DNA of 64,000 nt, taken from positions 44,890,001 to 44,954,000 of the forward strand of contig NC_045696.1 of assembly GCF_009834535.1 (NCBI RefSeq), given 5' to 3'. This document shows positions 11,541 through 24,879 of the stretch, piece by piece (the first letter of the stretch is position 1; every line of letters starts with the position of its first letter). The stretch is from Camelus ferus (taxonomy: Eukaryota). A model generated the notes under the pieces. That model was not told where the DNA came from, searched no databases, and worked only from the letters and a program-made list of their open reading frames with translations. A program made the position numbers and the translations under genes.

Positions 11541-13209
11541 GCTGATTCATTACATGTAACTGTTCATACCTAGATTATCTGTTGCCTCAGAGCCAGTCAG
11601 CAGCAGCAGTAGTCGTAGCAGCAACAGCAGTTTTTATGAGATTGCCGTGTGCATGGCATTTTATAAAGGTTGGCTCATTTCATAATCAAAACAACCAGAT
11701 GAGTTAAATTTTTTTTATTATGATTCAATAAACAAAGAATTTTGTCTTTCTTCCCCTTGAGGCTGTTGTGTGTGTGTGTGGAGCAGGGAGGGATACAGAT
11801 GACTGCTTGGGCTGGTATTCACAGCAATGGAATGGATGTGATGAGCTCTAGCCTCCATCAGTGAAAACTCAACAATAGGAGGATATCTTTTGAACCATGA
11901 TTTGGGGTGTCAGTGAATCTGTGGAGCTTTTCCAACTAGGTGTGACTCGTGTGATGTGCAGGATATTGATAGCCAGCTGGGTCTGTGCATATCATGGTCT
12001 TGCTCATTTTTTCCTACGTTCTGGGCTACGTCCATCAATGTAAGATGCTTATTACTGCAGATTATTTCTTGTGTTATCTTAGTCCTGTGTATAACTTTAA
12101 CATACATGTACTTCTGAGGGCCATTTTCTAAATAAAGGGTACTCACCAAGCACATCCCTGCAAGCACTTGTACTGAGAAGTACATATTGCAAAACCAGGG
12201 GATTATGTGAAGCCTTTACTGAGTTTTAGAGAAGATAGAAATTCCCATCACTGGAGAGTCTGCCTCATTTGTCCTAGGGCAGCGGTAGACCTGGGTTTAG
12301 TCAGGGTCCTGGTTTTCTTTCCCTCCCAGGTGTGTAACTCCGAGTAGGGCTCACTGTCTTGGGTCACTTCTGTTTCTCTCAACTAATAGAGCATTGGGTT
12401 GGCTCTCACTTAGGTCAGTTGTTACCAGTCTGAGACGTCTCCATAGGCTGTGTGCTAAACCGACATGTCTGTCACTTCTGCCTTAATTCTCACAGCTGCC
12501 TTCTGCTCAGAGATGCGAACTTTTCCTGGAGGGAGAGAGCCCGTGCCCCTCTGAGACCCATCCACAAAATCAATTTTTACTTCTATTCTCAACTTGCCCT
12601 CGAAACACAGATGCTGTGCTTAAAAGACTAATTGATCATTTTATTTCAATTGCACAGAAATGATATTGAAAAAATGAGCAGACTTTAGGCCATTAGAGCT
12701 CAATACTTGGCAAAAAGCAATCTGATTATGAATTAAAATCAGAAATTGTAACCCCCACTGTTTCTGATTGTCAAAGTAATACAGAAAAATGTACCCCCAA
12801 GTGGTACAGTATGGACTACCAAAGTCATTCTTATATAACTGTGTCTGTGTGTATAATGTTAGTGCTGTCAATTTCAGTAGGAATCTGCTAGCTCTAATAG
12901 CTAATAATAATAGCTTATAATCTATATGAATTTTCCTTCACCACAGCCCATAAATTAAATGTGATATTCTTTATATGCCGTGGATCTGATTCCCTCTCCA
13001 CCACAGACTTTACATGAAACCATTTGCTATTATTATCATTTGTGTAATTTAATAACTTTGTCCCCATACCATTCTTTGTATTTGACAAATAAAATGGCAT
13101 TTGGGTCATTAGCACTGAAAGACCAGGAAATCCAAACTACTTAGAAAAAAGCCAAGAAAACAGGACTTTCATGACTAAATTATCACGTCTCTTCTGTATT
13201 TAATTCCTG

Positions 13210-13670
13210 TTTTCAATAAACATTGACTTGGTTCAATTATGTGCCTTGCACTGTGCTTAGCATTATAGTTGAATCAAAGAAAATTCAGACAAGGAACTGG
13301 TCCTCAGGAAGAACAGACAGAAACAGATGTGAAAATTGAGCATAATATAAGGCCAGCCGGGATCAATAATCAGGTACTTGCAGGGTGCTGTTAGAATGCG
13401 GAGGAAGAAGGAATTCTTTTTGGCTAAAGGATACTGACAGGATTTGTGGAGAAAGTAAGAGTCTGGTTAAGAAGGGAATATATGGAGCGGGGGAGGTCAG
13501 GATCCCCCAGCTAAGGGAAGAACATCAGAAAGTGCACCAGGGTATAGAAATTCCATTGTATTCAGGGACTGGGTTGGGTATGGCTAGGTCATTGGACCAG
13601 GTGGCTGGAGCGATGAATTAGGAGATGAGTCTGGAGGGTAAATTATGGCAGATGGTCTTAGATGCTGTGG
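13210..13670 (-). mobile_element. L2 LINE fragment
   Basis: ttcaataaacattgac...tatgtgccttgcactgtgcttagc antisense L2 terminus followed by a purine-rich L2 body. Confidence 0.6.
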
Positions 13671-13725
13671 TAGATCGCAAAGACAAGCACAAATTCTTCT
13701 CATCCCCTTATGCATACCTCCCTGT

Positions 13726-14235
13726 AAAAAAAAAAAAAATCGACTATCTTAGAGCATGTTGAATTTACAAAAAAATGGTGCAGAAAGAACAGATTTCCCA
13801 CGTACTCTCTTTCCCTCTTCTCTCTCTCACACACACACTCACACCCTCCTGTTAATAGTGTCTTGCACTCGTGTGGTACACATGTTACAACTGATGAACC
13901 AATATTGACACATTATTATTACTTGAAGTCCATAGTTCACATCAGTGCTAACTCTCTGTTGTACATTCTGTGGGTTTTAATAAATGCATAATGCCATGTG
14001 TCCACCATTTCTGTGTCATACAGAATGGTTTCACAGCCCTAAAAATCCCGTGTGCTCCACTGATTCATCCCTCCTTCCTCACAGACCCCTGGTATCCAAT
14101 GATCTTTTTAGTCTCCATAGTTCTCAAGAATGTCACATATTAAAATATTTTCAGACTGGCTTCTTTAACTTCACTGTGTGCATTTAAGTTTCTTCCATGT
14201 GTTTTCCTGGTTTGAGGGCTCATTTCTTTTTTTCA
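13726..14235 (-). mobile_element. L1 (L1MC/L1MD-like) 3' UTR fragment
   Basis: gttacaactgatgaaccaatattgacacattattattacttgaagtccatagtt signature. Confidence 0.8.
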
Positions 14236-14329
14236 CTGGGTCACTAGATCAAATATTGGGTCAGAGAGAGTAGCGTAACCCTAAATCCCACATTGCCTGG
14301 GATGTCCTTCTTCTGCGTATGCACACGGG

Positions 14330-14655
14330 TGTTCTGGTTCAGTTAAGTAGCCACTCAGATATCTATCGCAGAAACCTTCCTTGACTATAAGTTCTAAAAT
14401 GTCCCCTGCTCCCCACAGACACATGCCCTTACCCCATACCCTGCTCTATTTTTCTTTGCACTTAGCACTTACAGTATATATTTTTATATGATTTGTTTCT
14501 TTTTTATGTTGCACTGTTCCCAGAAAAATGAAAGATTTGTGAAAGCAAAGGCATGGTTCTCTGGCATGTCCTCAGAGCCCTGTATAACACTAGGCTTTAG
14601 GAACTCAAGAAATGGTTTTGAATTTTGAGTAAATGAATGAATACGAAGTTAATGA
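14330..14655 (+). mobile_element. L2 LINE 3' end
   Basis: ccttccttgacta...ctgctctatttttctt...gcacttac...gagtaaatgaatgaat tail. Confidence 0.65.
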
Positions 14656-15008
14656 ACAAATGAGTCCAAGCACAGCAGGGCATGAGCGCTGTCCTGCCTC
14701 AGTGAGGAGTGGCTTAGGGCTTGGGGTCCTTGCAAGCCTACACGTAGGCAGCATCTGTAAATCATCCCTGATGAACCAGGGCAAACAGAATCTGAGTCTT
14801 AGAGTGGTTGACAAATGATGATAAAATTCTACTCACTGATCCGATTGATTCTATCGGGAGTAACACATCATGTGAAAAGGTGCTTGTGGAAGAGTACACC
14901 TCACAATCGATAAAAATACACCACTATCAATTTCATAACAATTCTTAGCTATTATTTGCTGGAGGTTGAAGATGGAGAGAGAATTCAGATTGCAATCAGG
15001 TACACGAC

Positions 15009-15517
15009 TGTGGCAGGACTGCCACTGTCCTATGCAGTGTCCATTCCCCTCCTTGGTGACAGATCCAAGTTTTACCCTGAGTTCATTGCCTCTCAGCATT
15101 AAAGGCTGCATTCTCCAGATTTCCCAGCCTCCCTTATAGCGAGATGTGGTCATATGCCAAGTTCTGACCAATGAAACATAGATATGTGGGGCGACTTCAG
15201 AGAACATTGCTTAAAAAGAGCCGGCTCAGTTGGGAAGTGCTCATTTTTAGCAGCATCCTGCAATTCTCTATGTAACCCTCAACTTGGAGGTGATGGCTGG
15301 AAACCCTGGAAATCCAGCAGTCCTCTTAGAACATACACTGATGTTGAGGGTGGCAGCCACGTGCTAGGCTGGTGAGGAAGAAGCATGGACTCCACAGAGT
15401 CCCCACCGCGGCCCAAGTCTGCCCACCTCCACGTGGAGGCAGAAGTGAAAGGGAACTTCCGTCCCGTTGCCGCGGCTGTTGTTGGAATCGGCAGCCAGAC
15501 CCGATCCTAACTGATGT
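15009..15517 (+). mobile_element. MaLR LTR (MLT1J/K-like)
   Basis: tgtggcag start, ttcccagcctcccttatagcgagatgtggtcatatg...gttctgaccaatga core, gcagcc...tcctaactga end. Confidence 0.7.
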
Positions 15518-16444
15518 ATCTGGCTTTAAGAATTAAAACAAGTAGATTATTACTAGGAAAAAATACTGGATTTATAGTCAGAAAACATGAGTTCCTATTG
15601 CAGATTTCCCTGGGAAGTTCATTTAATCTTTCTGATAATGTGTTCCTCCACCTTAAAATTTGGGAAAATAAGGCATACTTGTCAAGTTGTTGTGAGAATT
15701 AACTGTAAAATTATATTTGAAAGTGGATTATATACTTCAGGGTATTAACTGTAATTATAAATTAATAAGAGATCTTTGTGGGGGGGAAAAAAAAGTAGTC
15801 CTTGATACTCTTGGCCTATTTAAACATTCCTAAGAGGCAATCAGCGTCTTATTATACAGTATAGCTGACAATTGGAAACCACCTACTGTGTGCAAATCAG
15901 TATTGAATGCTCTGATGAAAAAAAATTATGATGCTAGCCACTAATCACCTCCAATTTAAATAGAAAGGAGAAAAAATTTTAAATCAATATAACCCAGTCA
16001 TGAATTACTGCTGCTCTCCTCACAAATAGACTAAATGATGCGAGTAACACAAATTAATTTTGGTTTCTTTCCGCCACAAATCTATGTCTGGCTAGCCTTT
16101 ATCATTCCCTGGAATAATGGACGAGACTGAGAGTCTGCTGATTATTTTCTGACAGTTCTGCAGGAAGGCGTTCACACCACGTTTTAGAGTGAATTTGGCA
16201 CTATTCCACATTTCACCCTCTACAGCATGGATAAAATATTTTGTTGCGAATACTTAGAAAAAGGAAACTGGAGATTAAGAAGAGAAAAAGGCAGTCATAC
16301 GGATGGCAGGGTAGAAGGAGCTGTTTTCGCAGTTCATCCTTGCAAGAAATAAAATAAGGAACACACAATGCCAAAACCTTAGAACTCCACCGCTGCCTTT
16401 GTGGGAGAGAAAAATGAGAGGTGGGCTGAGAAGTTACTAATACA

Positions 16445-16810
16445 GTGTGGCAATTGCTAGTGATGATTGCAAGTATTTCTGGCTTCCCACCTCTGGGCAC
16501 ACACAATAATGTGCTTTTTGGCCCCTTTGTGGGTGGGTGATAAGGTATAAGAAGACATGTATCACTTCTCAGCCTAAGCTTTCAATTACGGCTGCCAGAC
16601 TCCAGGAGCTCTCTTTCCCTCTGCCTGTGTGACCAGCATGTTTGAGTCGGTGATCGCTTCATCAGACCAAGGTCTGGAGTCTGGTGAAAAGGTACAGTAG
16701 ACGTATAGAAAGAACAAGACATATATTTAGATTTTTTTTTTCCTGTCACTGAGATTTGGGATTTCCTTGTTACTGCGGTTTATTCCAGCCTCCCCTGACT
16801 AAGCTATACA
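16445..16810 (+). mobile_element. MaLR LTR (MLT1H/I-like)
   Basis: ...gtcactgagatttgggatttccttgttactgc...cctgactaagctataca terminus. Confidence 0.6.
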
Positions 16811-18649
16811 GTAGTAGAAAGTTTGCCATAAAATGTCATGGAGAGGCCAGAGGTGGAGGGAGGGCTCAGAACTAGGTAATTAATGAAGGAGACGGGAGAA
16901 ATCTGGTAACTGGTTGTCAGTGGAGATTTGTTCCACCAATCATGTGAAGCTAAATAAGTTAAAAATATGATAGAAAAAAAAAAAGGCAGAAAAATAATCA
17001 GCTATTTACTGACTTCTCAGAGGAGTTTGGGAAGATTGTATTCTTTGCTGAGCAAACAGTGAGGCTGGGGACGAATGTTAATTTGCTCTGCACCTAGGGG
17101 AAGAAGAAAAGCAAGGATCATAGCAAGATTTGAGGTTAGGAGTGGTGGGAAAACCGAAGCCAAGAGAGCTGGAAAAGTTGGGTAATGGAAGGGTGGGAGG
17201 GGAATGGTGTGCCTATAGGTGAATTAGAACTTTGGAGGAGGTGGAACTCAATGTCTAATGGGAAATTATATTGAGTATTTCTGTGTGGCATGCCACTCTC
17301 TCCTCCTTTTTCCAATGAAATCTTTATTGAGTCTCCAAAGCAAATTTAATTTCACAAAGCCTTAAAAACCGTTATGGGTTTACTGAAATGTTAATTCCTG
17401 CTTCAAGGTAAGTGTAGGATAAGACTATTAAGTCCCCTGGGGCCCAGACACAGTTGGTAAACAGACATTTTATCTCTATTTCAAGCATTCACATTACTCT
17501 GTGCTTCCAGAATCACTCTGAGACTTTTTTGAAACTGCCAACAAATAAGAGACTTAGAACTGTAAAAGTTGTCAAAGATGTAGGAAAAAATTTATACCTA
17601 CCACTTTTATAATTTTCAAATACATTTTGGGGGGAAAACTTAGGTTGTCTTCCATTGTAATTCAATACTGCTTTTTAAAATGCAACCGTGACTTTGTTCT
17701 GAGAAAAAACTTAGATAAACACTTTGTTCTCAGAAAAAACTTAGATAATGGTTTTTCAACCAGTGGCAGCTTAAGGGTAAGGAGGTGGTCAAGACAGGAG
17801 TGCACTCAGCTTCCCATAGCTCCCCTATTCAGTCAGAGCGTCTTTGCTTTGATATATTTTAAGTCTGAGATTCTAGGTAAGAATTCTTAGTTTTCTTAAG
17901 AAGATGGGTAAAAGTTCAGTTCTTTTGTGAAAGTTGGAAAGCTTTGGTGTGTATTCTCTGTACTGGATAAAACATAGTCAATAACATCCAAGCTAACACC
18001 AGATTTCAAATACTTGTCTGCCTGGTTTCTTCTGAAAAATCTCCCTGATAGATTCTTTCCATACTTCCTGCCCCAGTCACCTCTGCTTTACTCGTCATGA
18101 GGCTCTGTTTAACGAACCATCGAGACAGCTGCACATCTGTCACACTGACCTTACGTGTTAGAACATCTGTGACATTGAACCGGACTTCTGCCTCCCTCCC
18201 TATTTTCTATTGATGATTTTGATTTTAAATTTTGATTCCAAGCTTGGCTTTCTCCCATGCGTCTGTGCATCTTTCAGCCTTGTGAGTTGTCTGTGAATTT
18301 GTCAGAATTAAGCGCCCGACTTCAGCCACCCCATCTTCGATTATAGAGATGAACAAAGTCAAAATGTTAGCTTTAAAGCAGAAATTAATTACTGGTCAGT
18401 TTATATGTGTGTCTTAGGGCTCAAATTAGAGCTCTCAGAAGGGATTCTGCTGTATTTAAAATATGAACAATTCCATGCCCAGACAGCCCTGCCAGGAGAG
18501 ATCACAATAAAGGGGCAGATCTTCCAGGAGAGCATCAGTTAAGCAAGTGCCATTTTATTTTTCAGTCAACCTGTCATACAGACCTTTCTCATGAAACCAA
18601 AAATGTGAGTTGAGAGAGAGGAATCAGTGCATCAGGTTTAAGCGTGCTG

Positions 18650-19779
18650 TATCAATCACCTGCTTATGCAGATATCCTGTGCATTAGGAGCTGCTCAAGC
18701 CCAGCCTAATACATATCCTTTCCGCTGGATCCCAGACTGCTGCTGCCCCTGACCAGAAGCGGCTTAGGGGAGAGGTGATGCTCAGTGTAAGATGGGCAGT
18801 TCAAGTTCCTGGTTACTTGTTCTGTGGTGACTGACTTCTTCAGCCTCAACTAGGACCCACAACAACCCAGAGCTATGTCTTAAATGGAGAGTAGTTGCTG
18901 CAGAGAGCTTTTTATTGCTCAAAACTCTGAGACATGAAGATGGAGGTTTGTGGCCAGCTCCACTTAGCATTCTAGTGGCCCAGAGGAAATTTATGCAGCA
19001 TTAGATATCTGGGTGCTAAGGCTCAGGGGCTAGATCTCTTATAATACAGCCTGGGACAGCTGGGGTGCCTTCTCTAGGTTTTATTTGAAGTGGTACAGGT
19101 TACTTGGTACATCGTCATAGCCGCGCATCCAAAAATGATTTATGTTGCATCCGAAAATCAAAAGGCCTGCTAACTGTTTAACTTTTTCTCTGTGGCTGGC
19201 AGGACAACATGCAGCAATTGTCATTGCTTTGAAGGCTATAATATGCCTGAAAAACGGACATCCAGAAATTTCCCTGAACTGGCATGTCCTTGCATTCTCT
19301 TGGGGTTTATTGCCCAGTATCTTGCATGCATTTTTCTCCCCACGATATTGTGTGTCTTATGCTCCTTAGGTCCAACAGACATGATGTCTTCAATGTGGCA
19401 GACAGGCAGTGTTCTATGGAAATGTGAAATGATGAGAATCCCTGTGGACCCAGATAGGATAGGGAACCAGAAAGCTAACAAAAGTTGAATTAAGATTGTA
19501 AAAAATACTGTTGGCTCTGCCAGGTGAAAGGAAATTGATTCTGATAGACTTGGTTTATTACTATCCAAAAAAAAAAAAAAATCTGCCTTCTCAATAGCTT
19601 CATACCAATTACTAGAGTCTTTCTTGATTTTCTGCAGTCAAAGCATAAATGATTAGTCAACTCCAATTGAGATTACTGCCTGATCTGTTAAGATACTTCA
19701 GTGTCATTCTCCAAGACCCATCTGACTTTTTCAACGATGAAGCAGAAGTTAAATGAAGATGTTTGAAAGGGATAACATC
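18650..19779 (-). mobile_element. ERVL (class III ERV) pol remnant: RT and RNase H/tether region
   Basis: Minus-strand peptides KKSDGSWRMT, VCHIEDIMSVGP (degenerate YIDD), MHARYWAINPKRMQGHASSGKFL and LLWVLVEAE...ELPI resemble ERVL pol motifs. Many stops and frameshifts. Confidence 0.85.
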
Positions 19780-20286
19780 TGTGTCAGTTTCCTGGGGCTG
19801 CTGTAACAAGGTACCATAAACCGGGCAACAAAAAAACAACAAAAATGTGTCATGGTCTTGGAGGCTAGGAGTCCAAAATCAAGCTGTTTCTGAGGGTCAT
19901 GCTTCCTCAGAAATCTGCAAAGGAGAATCTTGTTTTTTTTTTTTTTTTGTCTCTTCCTGGCTTCTGATGGTGTTCATCAATCCTTGGCATTCCTTAGCTT
20001 GCAGCTGCAGTACCTCGGTCTCTGCCTCCATCACCACATGGAATCGTCCCTCTGTGAGTGTCTGTGTCATAATTAACGTGGCACTCTCTTCTCTGCCTGT
20101 CTCCTCTTCTCGTAAAGACACGAGTCATAATGGATTAAGGACCCACCCAGCACCAGTCTGATCTCATCTTAATTTAACTAATTGCATCTGCAACCACCCT
20201 GTTTTCAAATCAGATCACATTCTGAGATACTAGGGGCTAGGATGGCAAGGTAACTTTTAGGGGGGAACAAAATTTAACCCATAACA
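19780..20286 (-). mobile_element. MaLR LTR (MLT1C/D-like) inserted in ERVL pol
   Basis: Termini tgtgtcagtttcctggggctgctgtaacaa...aatttaacccataaca. ERVL pol homology continues on both sides. Confidence 0.85.
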
Positions 20287-21020
20287 CCACCCCTATCTCT
20301 TTCCAAGACTTTGATGTTGGTACTCATTTCTGAAATTACCCCAAAGATTCAGTATTGTGTTTTAATGGGTAAGGATTACTTTAGGGGCTTCAAACACACC
20401 CTTTCTATTTTAATAGCCTGCACTCCATTGGTCAGGGTGCCAGTGTTGGGATCTGCTAGTTGCAGTGTCTGCATATACCAGCAATGCATTCAGAAAGGAG
20501 GAAAATTACCTCAGAGTGTGTTTGTAAACTCCCCAGGCCTATTCTGCTGTGTACTTAGGCTAAAACCCGTTTATCTCCTGATGCCATGCCCTCGGCTTAT
20601 CTTGTCTCCTGGGGTCTTCAGTCTCCTAGAACCGGTGGCCTTTCCTAGTTGATTGTTACTTGAGTAGAGATGCAGGACCTTAGGGGAGGCCGTAGAGAAA
20701 CTTCATATTATATACGTATGGCACATTATTGCTAGATTCAAAGGTCCTAGGCCTGTCTAGATAAATCAGGTCTGAGAAGTGAGAGGTGAGAGGCAGTGAC
20801 ACTTCATTATAGTGATTCAAGTTAGGGGTACACAGGTCAGACCTAGAGTTTGATAGTTTTTTTGTTGTTCATACAGAAATCTGTTTGGCAACCATACTTT
20901 ACCCAAATATTTTAAGCCACTGCCAGTGATTCCTAGTTCTCAAAACATATTGATCCATTATCTGGACTTGGTTTCTGTTACAGCAGCCATGCTTACTGAT
21001 TCTGGTGCCCTCAGTCCTTT
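20287..21020 (-). mobile_element. ERVL internal region (leader, gag and protease-RT junction remnants)
   Basis: Minus strand KTQY*IFGVISEMSTNIKVLE resembles ERVL KQYRIPGGIAEISATIKDL. Leader-like ggcaccagaatcagtaagcatggctgctgtaaca lies next to the LTR. Confidence 0.7.
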
Positions 21021-21029
21021 TCTGCCTGA

Positions 21030-21193
21030 ACCAGTGGAAGAGAGATTTCAAGGAACTGGCTTCCATGATTGTGGGGACTGAAAAGTCTGACCTCTGCAGG
21101 GCAGGCCGGCAGGCTGACAGTTCTCAAGTGGGAGCTAACTGCAGTCCATAGATGGAATTTCTTCTAACTTGGGGACACCTCAGTTTTGTTCTT
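21030..21193 (-). mobile_element. MLT2 LTR, 3' part (split by L1)
   Basis: aaggaactggcttccatgattgtggggactg...gcagggcaggccggcaggctg, homologous to 7290-7400. Confidence 0.8.
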
Positions 21194-21460
21194 TTCCCCC
21201 CCAGTTTTATTAAGAAATAATTGACCCACACCACTGTATAAGTTTAAGGTGTGCAGCATCATGGTTTGATATAAATACATTTTGAAATGATTACCACAAT
21301 AGATTCAGCTAATGCCCATTATCTCATACAGATAAAACGAAAGAAGAAAAAAAAATTCTCCTGTGATGAGAACTGTTATGATAACTCTTTAACACCTTCC
21401 TATGTGTCATATAGCAGTGTTAACTATAGTCATCTGTGGTCCATTAAATTCCTAGTACTT

Positions 21461-21734
21461 CTTGCAGACATAGTAAACAATCTTACGGTTACTGGAGGAA
21501 AGGGGGTGGGAAGGGATAAATTTAGAAGTTTGAGATTTGCAAATGTTAATCACTATATATAAAAATAGATGAAAACAAATTTCTTCTATATAATACAGGA
21601 AACTATATTCTGTTACAGTAACTATTAATGAAAAGGAATATGAAAACAAGTATATGCATATATATGCATGACTGGGACATTATGCTGTGCACCAGAAATT
21701 GACACATTGTAACTGACTATACTTCAATTAAAAA
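21461..21734 (+). mobile_element. Young 5'-truncated L1 3' end (camelid-type) nested in the older L1
   Basis: Perfect 16-bp TSD taaattcctagtactt at 21445-21460 and 21735-21750. Body gacatagtaaacaatcttacggttac...gactatacttcaattaaaaa. Confidence 0.9.
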
Positions 21735-24354
21735 TAAATTCCTAGTACTTATTTATCTTATAACTGGAAGTTTGTACCTTTTGACCTTCTTCCTCCAGTT
21801 CCCCTCCTCCTGCCCTCTGCCTCTGGTAACCCAATTCTGACCTCTTTTTCTGTAAGTTTTTTTTTTTTAAATTCTACATATAAGTGAGATGATACACTGT
21901 TTATCTTCTTTCTCTGTCTGACTTATTTCACTTTGCATAATACCTACAAAAGTCTATCCATGTTGTCACAAATACTAGAATTTCCTCATTTTTATGGCTG
22001 AATAATATTCCATTGTGTATATATGCTACTTCTTATCTATTCTTACATCAATGTCAACTTAGGTTGTTTTCATGTCTTGGTTATTATAAATACAGTGCTG
22101 TAATGAACATGGGGGTGCAGATGTATTTTCAAGTTAGTGTTTTTGTTTCCTTTGGATATATACCCAGAAGTAGAATTGCTAAATTATATGGTAGTTATAT
22201 TTAAACCTTTTTGTGAATACTTTGTACTGTTTTCCATAGTGGCTGTACCAACTTATATTCTCATCAGTGGTGCACAAGAGTTCCCTTTTCTCCACATTCA
22301 CTCCAGCATTTCTTATTTCTTATTAACTTTTTGATGATAGCCATTCAAACAGGTGTGAGATGATAGCTCATTGTGGTTTTAATTTGTATTTAACTAAAAA
22401 CTAGTGATGTTGAGCATCTTTTTTTGTACCTGTTGACCTTTTGTATATTTTCTTTAGAAAAATATCTATTCAGGTTCTTTGTCCATTTTTAAGTTGGGTT
22501 TTTTGCTATTGCATTGTGAGTTCTTCATATTTTTTGGATATTAACCTGTTATCAGATATATGGCTTGCAAATATTTTTTCTCATTCCGTAGGTTGTCTTT
22601 TCACTTTGCTGATGGTTTATTTTGCTGTACAGAATCTTTTTAGTTTGATGTAGTCCCCACTTGTTTGTATTTAATTTTTTATTTGTGCTTTAGCTGTCAT
22701 ATCCAAAAAAATCATTACCAAGACCCATATCAAGGAGCTTTACTCCTGTGTTTTCTTCTAGGAGTTTTATGGTTTTTGGGTCTTAGGTTTAAATCTTTGA
22801 TCCATTTCAGGTTAATTGTTGTGAGTGATGTAAGATAGTGGTCCCGTTTCATCCTTTTACATGTGAATCTCCAATTATCCCAGGGACTATTTACTGAAGA
22901 GATTGTCTTTTCTCCATTAGGTATTCTTGGCTGCCTGGTCAAATATTAGTTGACCTGTATGTTTGGTTTATTTATTTGCTCTCAAATCTGTTTCATTGAT
23001 CTTTGTGTCTGTTTTTATGTCAGTACCATACTGTTTGGATGATTGTAGCTTTATAGTATAGCTTGAAATCAGAAAGTGTGATGACTCCCCCTTTGTTCTT
23101 TCAGGATTTCTTTGGTTATTCAAGGTCTTTCATGGTTCCATATAAATTTTAGGATTTTTTTTCTATTTCCTTAAAAAAATGCCATTGGAATCTTGATAGA
23201 GATTGCATTGAGTCTACAGATAACTTGTGGTAGTATTGCCATTTTAACAATGTTAATTCTTTCAATCCATGAACGGGGGTACATTTGCACTTATTTGTAT
23301 CACCTTCAATTTCTCTCATCAGTCTTGTAGTTTTCAGGGTAGAGGTCTTTCACTAATGTGGTTAAATTTATTCCTAAGTATTTTATTATTTTTGATGCTA
23401 TTGTAAATTGGATCAGTTTCTTTCTTTTTCAGAAAATTTGTTAGTGCATAGAAATGCTACTGATATTTGCATGTTGATTTTATCCTGCAACTTAGTGAAT
23501 TCATTGATTAGATCTGACAGTTCTTTGGTTGAGTCTTTAGGATTTTCTATATATAAATCATGCCATTGGCAAATAGAGACAATTTTACCACTCTTTCCAA
23601 TTCTAGTACCTTTTGTTTCTTTTTTTGCCTAATTGCTCCAAGTAGGACTTCCAGTACTATGATGAATGCTAGTGGTGAGAGTGGGTACCCCATCTTGTTC
23701 CTGATATTAGAGGAAAAGCTTTCAATGTTTCACCATTGAGTATGATGTTAGCTGCTGGCCTGTCATATATGGCCTTAATATTATTTGAGATATTTTCTTT
23801 CTGTGCCAAATTTAAGAGCTTTTATCATGAACGAATGCTGAATTTTGTAAAATGCTTTTTCTGCATCTACTAAGTTGATCATATGAATATTTTATTCTAC
23901 TAATGTGATTTATCATGTTGATTTTGCATATATTGAACCATCTTTACATTCCAGGAATAAATCCCACTTGATCATGGTAAATCATCCTTTTAATGTGCTG
24001 CTGAATTTATTTTTCTAGTATTTTGTTGAGGATTTTTGCATCTATATTTATCAGGGATATTGGCCTGTAGTTTTTTAGTAGTGTTCTTTTTGGTTTTGGT
24101 ATCAGGATAATGCTGGCCTTGTGAAATGAGTTTGGGAGCATTCTCTCCTCTTAGATTTTTTTGAAAGAGTTTGAGAAGGACTTGTGTTAATTCTTCTTTA
24201 AATGTTTTGTAAAATTCGCCAGTGAAGCCGTCTGGTCTTGGGTTTTTCTTTGTTAGGAGACTTTTGATTACTGATTCAATCTCCTTACTAGTAATTGGTA
24301 TATTCAGATTTTCTAGTTTGCATTCATTCAGTCTTGCTCAGTTTTATGCTTCTA

Positions 24355-24879
24355 CATACAACTGCAAGAGCCATGAACATGAAAGCATCTTCCAGGGCAG
24401 CACAGGAAGTCAGGCAGGTTGGGGCCAAAGTGCCCTCAAGGAGAACATATGGAAACCTGAGGAAAGGGGGTAGGAAGGAGGGAAGAGTTCCTACATAGGT
24501 AGAGGAGGTAGCTTGTGGCAGAGTAGGCATGTCAACCCAGCCTCATGAACCTGGGGAGAGGTGCTTTGCATTTGGAGGGGGTTTGGTGTTTTTTTTTTTG
24601 TTGTTTTTCTTTTTCTTTTTTTTTCTTTTTTCAGAGGAGCTGAGGCTGGGAGAGCTGGCCTAGGGAGCTCTTTGAGAGAGGCCCTACCTGCCCACCCCAT
24701 TCTTTATCCCAGAGATGTTTCAAGGGTAACATGTGCCAGCTGCCTACTCATGGACTCAGGGCCTGGAGTTCTTTTGACTCAGGAAAAGCACTTTAAAGAA
24801 GACAGCCCCTACCTTGCTCATGATAAACACAGGAGAATAATAAATACAATAAAAGTGACTCATTGAAATTAAAAAAAAA
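24355..24879 (+). pseudogene. 5'-truncated processed retrocopy (mRNA 3' end) of an unidentified gene inside L1 ORF2
   Basis: Non-L1 sequence ending in AATAAA (24839-24844 and 24848-24853) and an A9 tail (24871-24879). It is flanked by ttcta duplicates (24350-24354 and 24880-24884), and L1 homology resumes on the far side. Confidence 0.75.

Noticed and set aside
11598..11630. CAG-rich run as a polyglutamine exon
   Set aside because: Short, interrupted, next to a MIR, and with no splice or ORF context.
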